Positions 30,314 to 41,231 of a DNA stretch of 64,000 bases are shown here, one piece after another. Origin of the DNA: Truepera sp. (GTDB taxonomy: Bacteria > Deinococcota > Deinococci > Deinococcales > Trueperaceae). The position numbers and the translations under genes are program-made. Location: assembly GCA_965218435.1 (NCBI GenBank), contig CBDCKW010000005.1, forward strand, positions 512,001-576,000, given 5' to 3'. The number at the start of each line of letters is the position of its first letter. Within the stretch, counting starts at the first letter, position 1. The notes beneath the pieces were generated by a model. It worked only from the letters and a program-made list of their open reading frames with translations, was not told the DNA's origin and made no database searches.

Positions 30314-30689
30314 GATTTAGACATCAATCATAAAAGGAGTCGCCATTCCTGAGCATGACTTGGGAAACCTCGCTTTACCTTCCACTTTTTTGCTGTATGG
30401 AACCTCGATAACGGCTTCTTTCGCTAATACAGTTTGAACTTCTTAGCGCTAATGCACTTGTCTGTACGGCTTGATTGCCCTGCAGCCCAACAAGCCAGGT
30501 TACGAGAACGTTGCCTAAACCTATTGCTCTTGAAACGTGTTGTGCAAAAGGTTTAGGCAAGGCAATTTGTGCGTCTCTGAGATAATCTAAGTAACATTGC
30601 CCAAAAATTCGTTTATGCGACGTCACTTCCTTCGTGAGAGCCATGTCCAAATCCTGTTCCGTTAGTTGTTGTAGCCCAAAACCTGCTCA

Positions 30690-31201
30690 CGCACATGAAT
30701 AAGCATCCACTCGGCCTGCCAGACGCGCCCGCGCTCTAAGCTCGAGCGGACGTGGAGCGCGTAAACCCAACCCAAGCCGATGAGTTCATCCGCGTCAGGG
30801 TGCTGCTGGGGGTCGGTCACCAGCCTCTCCGAAGAGCTGCCGGAAGGTCGAAGCTGTCGCGCGAAAGTCGAGCGGGGCCGGAAGGCAATATCAACCTAGA
30901 GTGTGTCCGCGAGCAGGTAGACGCGGACGCATGATGGACCGCGCCACACGTCGAGGTGATGGACGGTTCCGTGGTCGCGGTACATTGCTTCGGTCAAGTC
31001 GGCCATGACCTCAGACATGTCGGACGGTTCAGCAAGGCCGAGTGCCAGGTCGATATCCGACCACCGGTCTTCCTGTCCGACAGAAGCCGAGCCGACGATA
31101 GCGGCGGCGGTGACGCGGTCATTACCGCGCGCCTTAGAAACGAGAGTCTCGTGCAGCCGTTCTCGCGTTTCGGGTGTGAATATCCGGTCAGCCATAGCCA
31201 C
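30690..31201 (-). pseudogene. Nucleotidyltransferase-domain gene, broken
   Basis: VGSASVGQEDRWSDIDL motif; stop at 30896 with plausible coding sequence beyond it. The 3' boundary is approximate. Confidence 0.65.
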
Positions 31202-31818
31202 TTTGGTAACTGGGCAAGTTTACCAGGTGAACTCGGTGAACGGTTCAGTGCAACGTTTTCGGCGAGATACTGTTTCCTAATTCAATCCTCTGCCTTTTTG
31301 AAGGTGTAAACGCCCTTGTCTACAAGGCTTTATGTCAATCCATTGGAGCCTCAGCATAATTTGGAAGCAGTATCTCGGCGAGACTGTTTCAGCTAAGCTT
31401 CTTACGCTCAGGCATAAAACAGCCCCGTTCTACTTTTGCGATGAGAAGCGCGGGGCTGACCCCCGGAGGGGAAACGCAGGGTAGCAAACATTTAACTGTA
31501 AAGCGTGAAGTGGTGCTCTCTAGCCTCGGTCTTCAGCAAGCCCAACAGTTACGCTAACTTACGCTTATCGTAATAAAGATTAAGACGCTTTAACCTGTTC
31601 GGAAGACTCGAGCTTAAACGTAAGATGTGGCCAGGCATTATGTTAAATATCAAACGTTATAATTCACATAGAAGAATGAAGACTTATCATCACCTATTTG
31701 GCTTCACAGATTGCCGCTTATGATGCAAAATGAAGTATCCGAAGCAATAAAAAGTGGTGCATCAGGAGTAACAAGTAACCAAAGCGTTATCCCGGTAAGA
31801 TGGTGTAAGGAGGAACTC

Positions 31819-32034
31819 ATGAGAACCTCAGTGGCACTAAACGACGAAACAGTCCAAGAGCTACTCGAGGTCACCAACACCACTAATACGACCCAGGCCG
31901 TCAGCACTGCGGTCAACGAATACTTGAGGAGGCGCAGGCTCGACCGCTTTCGTGCTCTCAGAGGTAAGGTCGAGATCATCAGCAACGAGGAGATCGAAGC
32001 GGTAGAATTAGGTGAACTCGAGCAAGGTGGCTGA
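31819..32034 (+). CDS. vapB: VapB-type antitoxin
   Basis: MRTSVALNDETVQELL...AVSTAVNEYLRRRR; AGGAGG RBS. Confidence 0.75.
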   Translation: MRTSVALNDETVQELLEVTNTTNTTQAVSTAVNEYLRRRRLDRFRALRGKVEIISNEEIEAVELGELEQGG

Positions 32035-32080
32035 GATCCTGATCGACGCAAGCGCCTGGATCGCCTTCTTCCGAGGGCAT
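32027..32080 (+). pseudogene. vapC: VapC PIN toxin, N-terminal stub only
   Basis: AEILIDASAWIAFFRG, then the similarity ends. Confidence 0.65.
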
Positions 32081-32465
32081 GATCGAGCTGGAGGTACTGC
32101 AAAACGTCCGCCCAGGCGAGGAGGACGTGCGAAGCCTTATGCACTCCGCACTCCGGCTCAGGACCGAACAGGTCGACTAGGTCGGCCGACTTGACGAATT
32201 CTAGATTCATTTTCCTCTGGGTGTGCGAAACGTCCTTCACGATTAATTCCAGCAACGTGTCTAGACGCTGCCGATAGAGGTTGTTAACGCCGTCGTTGAG
32301 ATACGTACCGAGTAAGGTTCCAACGCCAGGTAAAAGTTGCATCAGGGTTGCGCTGGCTTGACTTAGATTTTCGGCCGGGCGGTTAGCTTGGTAGGTCTCG
32401 AGCGCTTGCTCCGGGCTGGGGAGCGCATGCTCGCTATCTTTACTGTCGTCCGTGCTTCATAATAA

Positions 32466-35400
32466 ATGACGAGCATGGTCTATCCGTGGGCGCGCTACTG
32501 GTACCCCCGAGACGAGCAGGTACACGCCGAAAGCGGGATCCTTTGGCTGCCGACGGGTCAATACACGACCCACCTTCGGTCGGACGTTGCGACGCTCGAC
32601 GCTTTAAGCCAGCACAACTGTCTGGTCCTCCTGGGTGAGCCGGGAGCGGGGAAAACCCACGCGGTTAACGAGTATAAGGATGGCGTCAGGGACGGAGCGC
32701 GCTTTACCAAGGTGGACCTTGGGCAACTCGGTGACGCCTCTGACGTTCGCCAAGAGCTGTTTCACAGCGGTGCTTTCCAAAATTGGTTACAGGGGAACTA
32801 CGACCTGCACCTTGTCCTCGACAGCTTCGATGAATGCGCCGTGACAGTCGGCAAGCTGGGCACTCTGATAACGAGGGAGCTTGGCAAGCATCTGCCCACC
32901 GCGACGTTCACCCAAAGTGAGTACGACGAGCATAAAGACCGCTTTCCGGATGCACCCCAGGACCCAGCGTCCTTCGCCAGCAGAGTTGACGAGGATAGGT
33001 GGTCGATTGACCTGTCTCTACAAAGCAGCACCGAGTCGTTGTCGGCTCAACTGCGCGATTGGCTGAAAACAAAAACGCGAGCGTCGCGCCTTTACCTGCG
33101 CGCGGTATGCCGCACGGCTGATTTCCCTGAAACATTTGAGAAGGATCTTGCAGAACTTTTTGGCAGCGTCGGGGTTTTTCTCCTCGCCCCTTTACGCCGC
33201 GAAGATATAGAGCTTGCCGCGTGGCGTCACGGGTTGGATACCGAACAATTCATGACGGAGGTTTGGCGCCACGACGTTGCCCCTCTAGCCGGGAACCCGG
33301 TCACCCTGAGCCTCCTTATCCACGAATTCGAAAGTTCCGGAAACCTGTCAGCAGGCTACGAAAGCCTTTTTGTACGAGGCAGCTTAAGACTTTGTAAAGA
33401 GCATAGCCGGAGCCGCCTCGAGAGCGGTCACGTAAGCGATCTCGATGAGGAGCAGCTTTTGCGCATCGCTGCCCGCATCGCCGCTGTTTTGACCTTCAGC
33501 AACCGCGAGAACGTGTTCACCGCGGATGATCTCGACGCTAAACCTTTAGACCTTTCGCCGTCCGAAGTGTACGGCCGTACCGAAAAGGCTCACGATACCG
33601 TTTTCGACGTCAACTCAAAAGGGGTCAGAGAAGTGCTTAGCCGGGGAATCTTTTCTGACCGTGGCCGGGGACGCAGAGGCTTTGTCCACCGACAGTTCCG
33701 TGAATTTCTAGCTGCCTGGTACTTAAAACAACGCGAACTCCCGGTAAGCCAGCTGATGAACTTGCTCCTGCATCCGGCAGACGGCAAGGTTATTCCGCAA
33801 CTCGCCGAAACGGCAGCGTTCCTTGCCGCCTTGATTCCGGAAGTGTTCGAGGGCCTCCTCGCGGTTGATCCGGAAGTGCTGCTCCGTAGCACCCTGGCAA
33901 GTCTTCCGCACGAGACACGGGCAAAATTGGCAGACACGCTGTTACGTCAGTACGAAGCGAATCCGCTCCCATCCCTAATGCAGGGCGTATACGGGCGTCT
34001 AAACCAGCTAAAACACCCGGGGCTCGCGGGCCAACTCCGTCCGTACCTCGCCCGCCCGCAAGACTTTGAGACCCGGACCTTTGCAATGCGGGTCGCCAGA
34101 GAGTGCGACGTCCGCGAGCTCGCCTCAGAGCTTGTAACGGTCGCCCTCGACGCCGCTGAAGAGTACAGCTTGAGAACGCTGGCCGCGGCCGTGGCCGCTG
34201 AACTTGGCGACTCACAAAACAAGCTTTTGCTGCGGCCGCTCCTCGATGATGCCGACAACCCGAACGATGAACTCAGAGGGGTCGCGTTGCAAGCGCTATG
34301 GCCAGAACACCTCGGTGCCTCGGAGCTGTTCGAGCACCTCGGGACGCCGAAGCGTTCCGGTGTCGTGGGGGCCTACAGCATCTTCCTGGGCAAGTACGCG
34401 TCCATAGAAGGTTTGTATCCCGGCTTCGCCAGCTTCCTCAAAGACGATGAGCTGACGCTAGCGCTCGACTGGATGTACGAGGCTGAAGAGGTCAACAGCA
34501 CCGGGGACGAACTGCGCGTAGCAGCCGACACGGTCATGTCTAGGGCGTGGCGCGTCTTCGACACGCCGGAGGTGGCAAGGCGTTTCGCCCGTAACGCCTT
34601 GCGCCGAATCAACGCCCATCTGAGGATCGTGGGGAACGAGTTGGACGGTGTCGAGCAGGCGTTCGTGTCGGAGTTGCAACAGCAACCGGCAAAGCGCCGG
34701 CGTCTTGTAAACTTGATGATCGATCAGCGCGACGAGCTCTTTAGCGTGATGAACTTCCTCGGGTATCAGCCTCCCCTCATCGGTAAGAACGAAGGTGACG
34801 TTCTTTGGCTTCTGGAGCGCCTGAAGCGCGCGGCGGAGCCGGATGAGCGTTACGCCTTTTCATATTTTCTCGAATACCTGCTAGACCCCACGATCCCTTC
34901 TATTCGAGACCCGATTCTGCAAGCGGCGCAGGAGGTGGAAGAACTCGGTAAGGTCCTCAACTTGAGACCCGTCGACCTCGATTCCGAACTGGCTGAGAAG
35001 TTGCGAAGACGTGAAGCGGGGCGGCGAGAGATGGAAGCGCGTCATGCCGCAGCCAGGGAAGGACTACCTGGTCCCGTTGCGGAACCGCTGAACAAAGCTC
35101 GCGACGCACTTACTGAGTTCAACCAAGGTGACCTGTCCGCTTGGGCAAGGGTGCTGTTTTACCTGTCCATGAAGCCGGGAGACACCGCCCACACTCGGGT
35201 ACACGACCCTTACACCGAAACGCATCCGGGCTGGCTGCAAGCGCAGGAGGCACTTAAGGAGGACATCTTGAGAGCCGCCAGCTCATACCTCGTTAAAGGT
35301 TCACCCGAGGAGGAGAAGTGGAGGCGAAGCGGAGACGCGGTGATGTCCCCCGGCTATAGCGCCTTACGTCTCCTCCTGAGCGCTGCCCCGCAGGCTGCCG

Positions 35401-36848
35401 AGGCGGTACCCGACACCATCTACCAAATCTGGGCAGGTCCCGTCTTGGAAATACTGGAGGTTCCCAGTCAGACCGCCGACCCAACACTTGACATGGCGTG
35501 CGCGGTGTACGCTAAGGCTCCCGACGCTACACTCAATGCAGCGAGAGAGTTGCTCAAGCAAGAGGGCCACTACAGCTCGGTCATCCAGAAGCTTGGCCGC
35601 TGTTGGGATCACGGCATCGCCAGCATGTTCGAGGCTGAGCTTGACGGGGCCTTACCGCTCGAGTCCCGCCTCGAAATTTTGGCAGGGCTTTTGCAACAAG
35701 GCAGTGTGACTGCAAGGCAGTTCGCGGCGGACCGTCTGGAGCGACGGTCCGAGTCGGACGACGCTTTCAAAGAGGCCACAGCGGTTGCCGTCACGCTCTA
35801 TACAACCGCTCCGGACCATGGCTGGACCACGCTCTGGCCAATCCTCCAAGCCGAGGAAAGATTCGGGCAAGCGTGGATAGATGACCTGCTCCACCGCCAC
35901 TCCCACCTTTGGGCTACCCCGGTAAGGTTATCCGAGCCGGACGCTGCCGACCTGTTCATATGGCTCGAGCGGCGTTACCCGCACGCCGAGGACCCGAAGC
36001 ACCCGAGTGGGGTTGTGTACTCACCGGAGCACCGCGACCGTATCGGGAGTTTCCGCGACGCCCTGCTTCGTAACCTCGAGGTGCGCGGCTCAGTTGAAGC
36101 GGTCGAGGAACTCAGGCGCGTCCAGCTAGAGCTTCCCGAGCTGAATTGGCTGCCGCAGGCCGTCGACGCTGCCTTGGCGGAGATGCGTAGGCAAACGTGG
36201 CGGTGGCACTCGCCCGAGGCTCTGCTGGAGGTTTTGTTCGATCCGGAAAAGCGTTACGTGCGGAACGCGGACGAGCTTTTAGACGTTGTTCTCGAGTCAC
36301 TCCGCCGCATGGCAGGCAAATTGCAGCATCAGGAAACGCCCCTAGCGTCGTTTTTGTGGAATGAGTGGGAGATTGGTAACGACGGGGGGAAGAAAACTAA
36401 ACGTTATAAACCCAAAGAGGAAGAGGCCCTTTCGGACTGGGTGAAGGTCCATCTTGAGGACGACCTTGCACACCGGGGCGTCGTTATCGGACGGGAGGTC
36501 AAAATTAGGAAGGGTGAGTACACCGATGTCCACGTCACTACCCATGAAAGGAAGGCTGACGGCTCAATCGGCGACCGTATCAAGGTCATTGTGGAGGTCA
36601 AAGGTTACTGGAACGGCGAGTTGAAGAAAGCGATGGCGACACAGCTGGTGGAGCGTTACCTGGCAGGCGACGATTGTAAACGGGGCGTTTACCTCGTGGG
36701 ATGGTTTAACTCGGAAGAGTGGCCTGAGCGCCCGAGGAAAACCTGGGAGTTTGCCGAGGTCTTAAACGAGCTACAAGACCAGGCTAGTAAACTTTCAGTT
36801 GAAGGCGTCCGGGTAGAGGTCTTGATGGTCGATGCTTGTTACCGGTGA
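32466..36848 (+). CDS. Large NACHT/STAND-like NTPase with helical repeats and a C-terminal PD-(D/E)XK-like domain
   Basis: Walker A GEPGAGKT, Walker B LVLDSFDE, GNP and FVHRQFREFLAA wHTH motif; C-terminal REVK...TDVHV...IVEVKG. Confidence 0.8.
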   Translation: MTSMVYPWARYWYPRDEQVHAESGILWLPTGQYTTHLRSDVATLDALSQHNCLVLLGEPGAGKTHAVNEYKDGVRDGARFTKVDLGQLGDASDVRQELFHSGAFQNWLQGNYDLHLVLDSFDECAVTVGKLGTLITRELGKHLPTATFTQSEYDEHKDRFPDAPQDPASFASRVDEDRWSIDLSLQSSTESLSAQLRDWLKTKTRASRLYLRAVCRTADFPETFEKDLAELFGSVGVFLLAPLRREDIELAAWRHGLDTEQFMTEVWRHDVAPLAGNPVTLSLLIHEFESSGNLSAGYESLFVRGSLRLCKEHSRSRLESGHVSDLDEEQLLRIAARIAAVLTFSNRENVFTADDLDAKPLDLSPSEVYGRTEKAHDTVFDVNSKGVREVLSRGIFSDRGRGRRGFVHRQFREFLAAWYLKQRELPVSQLMNLLLHPADGKVIPQLAETAAFLAALIPEVFEGLLAVDPEVLLRSTLASLPHETRAKLADTLLRQYEANPLPSLMQGVYGRLNQLKHPGLAGQLRPYLARPQDFETRTFAMRVARECDVRELASELVTVALDAAEEYSLRTLAAAVAAELGDSQNKLLLRPLLDDADNPNDELRGVALQALWPEHLGASELFEHLGTPKRSGVVGAYSIFLGKYASIEGLYPGFASFLKDDELTLALDWMYEAEEVNSTGDELRVAADTVMSRAWRVFDTPEVARRFARNALRRINAHLRIVGNELDGVEQAFVSELQQQPAKRRRLVNLMIDQRDELFSVMNFLGYQPPLIGKNEGDVLWLLERLKRAAEPDERYAFSYFLEYLLDPTIPSIRDPILQAAQEVEELGKVLNLRPVDLDSELAEKLRRREAGRREMEARHAAAREGLPGPVAEPLNKARDALTEFNQGDLSAWARVLFYLSMKPGDTAHTRVHDPYTETHPGWLQAQEALKEDILRAASSYLVKGSPEEEKWRRSGDAVMSPGYSALRLLLSAAPQAAEAVPDTIYQIWAGPVLEILEVPSQTADPTLDMACAVYAKAPDATLNAARELLKQEGHYSSVIQKLGRCWDHGIASMFEAELDGALPLESRLEILAGLLQQGSVTARQFAADRLERRSESDDAFKEATAVAVTLYTTAPDHGWTTLWPILQAEERFGQAWIDDLLHRHSHLWATPVRLSEPDAADLFIWLERRYPHAEDPKHPSGVVYSPEHRDRIGSFRDALLRNLEVRGSVEAVEELRRVQLELPELNWLPQAVDAALAEMRRQTWRWHSPEALLEVLFDPEKRYVRNADELLDVVLESLRRMAGKLQHQETPLASFLWNEWEIGNDGGKKTKRYKPKEEEALSDWVKVHLEDDLAHRGVVIGREVKIRKGEYTDVHVTTHERKADGSIGDRIKVIVEVKGYWNGELKKAMATQLVERYLAGDDCKRGVYLVGWFNSEEWPERPRKTWEFAEVLNELQDQASKLSVEGVRVEVLMVDACYR

Positions 36849-37235
36849 TGGTCGTTTTCCAGGAGCGGGTCGACCTTTCGCGTTCGAATTGGCACGTTAC
36901 ATCTGGGCGTTAAGAATCAGCAAAAACGGACGCGCTCCGCTACACGCTTTGGTTGCAGTTTAGAACACTCGCCTCAGCGAGAGAGCAGCGCTAGAACCTT
37001 AGATATTAAGGTAAAATCTTCTTGTGAACGTATCCGTCCTACCGAAAACCGGACTCACGGAACCACGGCTGCACCAACCCGGAGGCGTCCACGGCGTCGC
37101 ATCTCCCGTGCCCATCGCGCTAGCGTTGCACACATGCTATGCGCTCAATAAGGAAATGAAGGTGGACGGTAACCAAGATACGAACTACCACCAAGAGGTG
37201 CTGTTTGAGGACGCAACCGGAGCGGAGCAAAGCAG

Positions 37236-40200
37236 ATGTCCATGACGGGGAAAGCAGCCGAAGGCCATGCTCACAGATCCACCGGGCAAGGCGTTGTTGA
37301 CCGACCGGGCGTGACCGCTGATCGGAGATTGGATGTCCTGTTTAAAGAGCGCTTCCACGGAGCCGTCAACATTCGCGGCATCCGCTATCAGCTGCTCTAT
37401 ACGCTGCTGCGCGCGTTCGATCTCTACGGCGAGGCAACCTCGCTGACCTTTGAAGGCATCGAAGACCTCGACCTCAAAGGTTTCGCGCTAGGAAACCTTT
37501 TCGTTCAAGTTAAGTCCGCCGACCGTCCCTGGAACTGGGCGAAGCTTAAAGAGCCTTTAAGTAACTTTCTCGAGGCTTCACGTGCCGATCCGTCAAGTCG
37601 TTTCCAGGTAGTGTTCAGCTTCCCGCTGCGTGGGGACATCGCAGCCCTGGCGCACCGAGCTTCCCTTTCCACGGCCGAGAAAACAAAGATCGAATCCAAA
37701 TTTCGCTCCCTCTGCCGAAACATCGATGCGTCAGAAACTGAAGTTGAAGCACTGCTCTCAACGCTCACCATCTCATCTGCACCTGAGGACGGGATCTGGT
37801 ACCAGTTGAGGCAGGCCGTCGCCGAACGCTTCAACCTCGGAAGCGAGGGTCTCGACGTCTACCTGGCGGCGCTCGTGGCTCGTACCCTGGACTGGGCAAA
37901 AGAGCGGAGCACGATCACGCGCGTCGAACTCGAGCAAGTCAGGGCTTCTGTCGGCGAGGCACTTGCCCGCGAGGAGACATTTCAGGCGTACGGCCGGGCT
38001 CTCATCGGAAGGGCTAACTGGCGGGACGACTCGAGCCGCGAAGACTTCTTCGAGGGAAAGGGTACGCGGCCCGGTCACGTCGTCGCGAACGCCGATGTGC
38101 GCCGCGGCACCTGGCTCGAGCGGATCGATCAGGCGTTGCGCGCCTCGAAGGTGTGCATACTCCGCGCGTCGAGCGGACAGGGCAAGTCGACCCTGATGTA
38201 CCGCTACGCCTTCGACCGCTGGCCCCACGAGGACACGTTCGTGCTTCAAGCGGCGCAGACGCCGGAGCAGGTCGAGCAGGTCCGCAGCTACCTGCGCTTC
38301 CGGAGTGAGCTCGGCCTCCCCACCCTGCTCCTGATCGATGACGCGGGCTGGGCCACGCGGCTGTGGCCGCAGGTCGCCCAAACCTGCGCGGCACTCGGCG
38401 TAAGGGTGCTGGTTACCGTTCGCCACGAGGACTGGTTCCGGTTCGGTCAAGAAAACCTTTTCACCTACGAGGTCATCGAGCCGACACTCGAGCTGGTCGA
38501 GGCTCGCGAGATCCACCGCGCCTTCCGCGCCGCCGGGCAACTCCACCCCTCCGTCAGGTCCGCGGAGTGGGCGTACGAGAGAGTGGGCGAGCCGCACCTC
38601 CTGCTCGAGTACACTTACCTGCTCACGCACGGTCAGATGCTCGAGGAGCGCCTCCGCGACCAGTTGCAGCAGTTCGGCGCGCAGAGGGAGGACCCCGCGA
38701 AGCTCGAGGTGCTACGGCGGACGGCGCTGGCCAGCACGTTCGGGGCACCCATCGAGGCGCGCAAACTGTTTGCCGACCTACCTCTCCGAGATGACCCGCA
38801 ACAGGTCGCCCAGTCGTTGACCAACGAGTATCTAACGCTCGAAGGCGGCATGCTGGCGGGCCTTCATTGGGTGCGTTCCGACCACCTTGTCCGCCTTCTC
38901 CACCAAGGGTACCCGGACCTGACGACAACTGCCGAGAATACCCTCGACCTCGTCCCTAACGGTAGCACCGCGATCTTCGTGGCGAACGCGATGAGCCACC
39001 CCGACGTCGACCCGGAGCGATTCCTCGATGCGCTGGTATCTCGAGCGCGGACCGCGCCTAGCGCGACGATGGTCGCCTTCCTCGAGGGGGCCTTCGAGGC
39101 CGGCGAACGGGTGTATTTCCGCCACAAACGGCCTGTGTTCGACAAGATGTTCACAGACTTTGGCACGTCAGGTCCGTACCTCCTGGGCATGTCGGACGGG
39201 TCCGCCGAGCGGATCGACCTCGTAGGGCAGTTCGCCGACACGCTGGGAGACAAAGGGGCCAACTTAAGGGAGTTGCAGGCCCTCGCGCGAGAACCAGCCC
39301 CCGTGCCGCGCGGGCTGGAGCACTGCGCCACACTCCTCAACCGAGCGGCGGACGTAATCGAGCCGGAGCGGGTGCACCACGACTTGGGGAGCCTCGGGCG
39401 GCTGCTGGACTGGTGTGCCGCGAGCGACGTCCGGCTGCCCTGGTGGCCCGAACTCAGAGGTCACCTTCCCACCAGGTCCGATGCGCTCCGCCTCCCGCTT
39501 GCCGACCTCGGCAGCTTCACCCAGGGGCTGCACCGTTACGACGCCGACGCCTACGAGGCGTGGTTCTCGGAGCACAGAGACGACCTATTCGGCTACCTCA
39601 AGCTCCACACAGGCTGCCTAACGCTCGAGGTTGGGAATGACGAACTCTTCATCGAGTTTCTGGTGGACGAGTCGGCGATCATGGACACGAACGAGCAGGC
39701 GGTCTCACGCTTGAGAGCCTTGCGCATGGCCCTTCCGTTCTGCGACACCTACCGCTCGCGCGGGATATACACCTTGCCGTTCGGTCTGGTGCCCTCGTAC
39801 GACGCCACATTGAAGGAAGTAACAAGACAGTATTTACCTGTCCCGGGCGAAACGTGGAGAAACAGCAGGCTCCTACGCCTGGCGAAGACCGCGTTCCTCC
39901 CGGACAGCTTCTATCTGTACCAGGAGGCGCTGGCTCAGGCCCGACGACACGCTCTAAGCTTCATCAGGTCGCTCTCGAACGGGTTGAAGAACAGCCTCGA
40001 GGGTCGTCGTGTGGACCTTATAAACACCGTTAGGTCAGGCGTTAACCTTGTCGGCGAGCTAAAGCACTTACCTGACCCCCCGGCGCAGACGCCCGGAGCG
40101 GTGAAGGATGCGCTCAAGAAGGTCCATAAGGACTGGGCCTGGAATTTACAACTTTCGATTTCTCAGATGTTCGAGTTCACCCGAACTCAGGAGCGGCGCG

Positions 40201-41231
40201 TTGGCGCTCTGGCGGTTCATAACTTCGGTGAAGTCTTGAGGTATCTGCCATCCACGCACCAAGCCCTCGACACGCTGTTCGGGACTGCCCCCGACTACTT
40301 CGGCATGAGCGAGCTGAACCATGACGAGCTTCGCGTGTACGCCGTACTCGCCGACCTGTTAGAGGCGTGGATTGTCGACCCGCCGAACACCCGGCAGAAG
40401 AACATTCTGTCCTACGTGAGAGAGAAACGTTCCCAAAAGGAGCGGGATAAACGCGGCCTCCTGCGCGCCGCGATCGAGCCTTTGGGACAAGATTTTACGC
40501 ACCTCACGCCTGAACCGCACATCGCGCACGACGGCCCACTCGCGTACACCGCTATCGTTTTCTCCGTCCAATCACCCTTCAACTTCGACGAGGAGCTTAG
40601 TCGGCTCCTGGACGCACTGGCGGGAGCCGCGGAAGTCGCGGACTTCTTCTATCTCGTTCCTGCTTACAACAATGCCCGTTTCCTTGAAGGCGGCTATCTG
40701 CTCAGCGCCAGGCAGATCCGCGCGCTGAAGGAAGCGGACAGACTCGATTGGGAGGCGCTAGTCCCACGACCACCACCAAACGTTTTAAGCCAGGCCCTCC
40801 CAGCCATCCCGCTTTTACCCCTTCCGCTGTGGCAGCTGCGGATGGATGTGCTCGCGCTCCTCGGCCGCCTCAGCTCCCTGTTGCAGGTCCAGGAGCGGCT
40901 GGCGACGTTAGATTCGGAAAACCGGTTTGAGCGCCAGCTCTTCAGGCAGGAGGACGCCAAGCTCGGGAAGGTGCTCGTCGAGCTTAAGGCGGTCGCCCTC
41001 GAGCTCGGTGGCCGCTCGACTGCTCGGATGGCGTTCGCCCACGCCGAGCCGAGCTACCAGACGCTGCTCCGCTTCTTTCGAGCGTTTGAGTCTATCGCGG
41101 AACACCGCACTCCCGGACAAAACCTTCGAGAGTTGCCGCCGCCCGAAGAAGGAATCAGAGCGTTAGAGGCGGTGATCGATTCGACCTACCGGGCCGTACT
41201 TAGTGCTGACCACGACAGCGCACAATCATGA
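37236..41231 (+). CDS. N-terminal PD-(D/E)XK-like nuclease fused to a P-loop NTPase and a long helical C-terminus (Avs-like architecture)
   Basis: GIRYQ...EGIEDLD...VQVKS; Walker A SSGQGKST; Walker B LLIDDA. Confidence 0.78.
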   Translation: MSMTGKAAEGHAHRSTGQGVVDRPGVTADRRLDVLFKERFHGAVNIRGIRYQLLYTLLRAFDLYGEATSLTFEGIEDLDLKGFALGNLFVQVKSADRPWNWAKLKEPLSNFLEASRADPSSRFQVVFSFPLRGDIAALAHRASLSTAEKTKIESKFRSLCRNIDASETEVEALLSTLTISSAPEDGIWYQLRQAVAERFNLGSEGLDVYLAALVARTLDWAKERSTITRVELEQVRASVGEALAREETFQAYGRALIGRANWRDDSSREDFFEGKGTRPGHVVANADVRRGTWLERIDQALRASKVCILRASSGQGKSTLMYRYAFDRWPHEDTFVLQAAQTPEQVEQVRSYLRFRSELGLPTLLLIDDAGWATRLWPQVAQTCAALGVRVLVTVRHEDWFRFGQENLFTYEVIEPTLELVEAREIHRAFRAAGQLHPSVRSAEWAYERVGEPHLLLEYTYLLTHGQMLEERLRDQLQQFGAQREDPAKLEVLRRTALASTFGAPIEARKLFADLPLRDDPQQVAQSLTNEYLTLEGGMLAGLHWVRSDHLVRLLHQGYPDLTTTAENTLDLVPNGSTAIFVANAMSHPDVDPERFLDALVSRARTAPSATMVAFLEGAFEAGERVYFRHKRPVFDKMFTDFGTSGPYLLGMSDGSAERIDLVGQFADTLGDKGANLRELQALAREPAPVPRGLEHCATLLNRAADVIEPERVHHDLGSLGRLLDWCAASDVRLPWWPELRGHLPTRSDALRLPLADLGSFTQGLHRYDADAYEAWFSEHRDDLFGYLKLHTGCLTLEVGNDELFIEFLVDESAIMDTNEQAVSRLRALRMALPFCDTYRSRGIYTLPFGLVPSYDATLKEVTRQYLPVPGETWRNSRLLRLAKTAFLPDSFYLYQEALAQARRHALSFIRSLSNGLKNSLEGRRVDLINTVRSGVNLVGELKHLPDPPAQTPGAVKDALKKVHKDWAWNLQLSISQMFEFTRTQERRVGALAVHNFGEVLRYLPSTHQALDTLFGTAPDYFGMSELNHDELRVYAVLADLLEAWIVDPPNTRQKNILSYVREKRSQKERDKRGLLRAAIEPLGQDFTHLTPEPHIAHDGPLAYTAIVFSVQSPFNFDEELSRLLDALAGAAEVADFFYLVPAYNNARFLEGGYLLSARQIRALKEADRLDWEALVPRPPPNVLSQALPAIPLLPLPLWQLRMDVLALLGRLSSLLQVQERLATLDSENRFERQLFRQEDAKLGKVLVELKAVALELGGRSTARMAFAHAEPSYQTLLRFFRAFESIAEHRTPGQNLRELPPPEEGIRALEAVIDSTYRAVLSADHDSAQS

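Noticed and set aside
30375..30650. Possible transposase remnant
   Set aside because: Only a faint resemblance; no ends or catalytic motif were found.
31402..31417. TTACGCTCAGGCATAA as a Deinococcus radiation/desiccation response motif
   Set aside because: It is one base shorter than the 17-bp motif as I recall it and is not clearly tied to a promoter.
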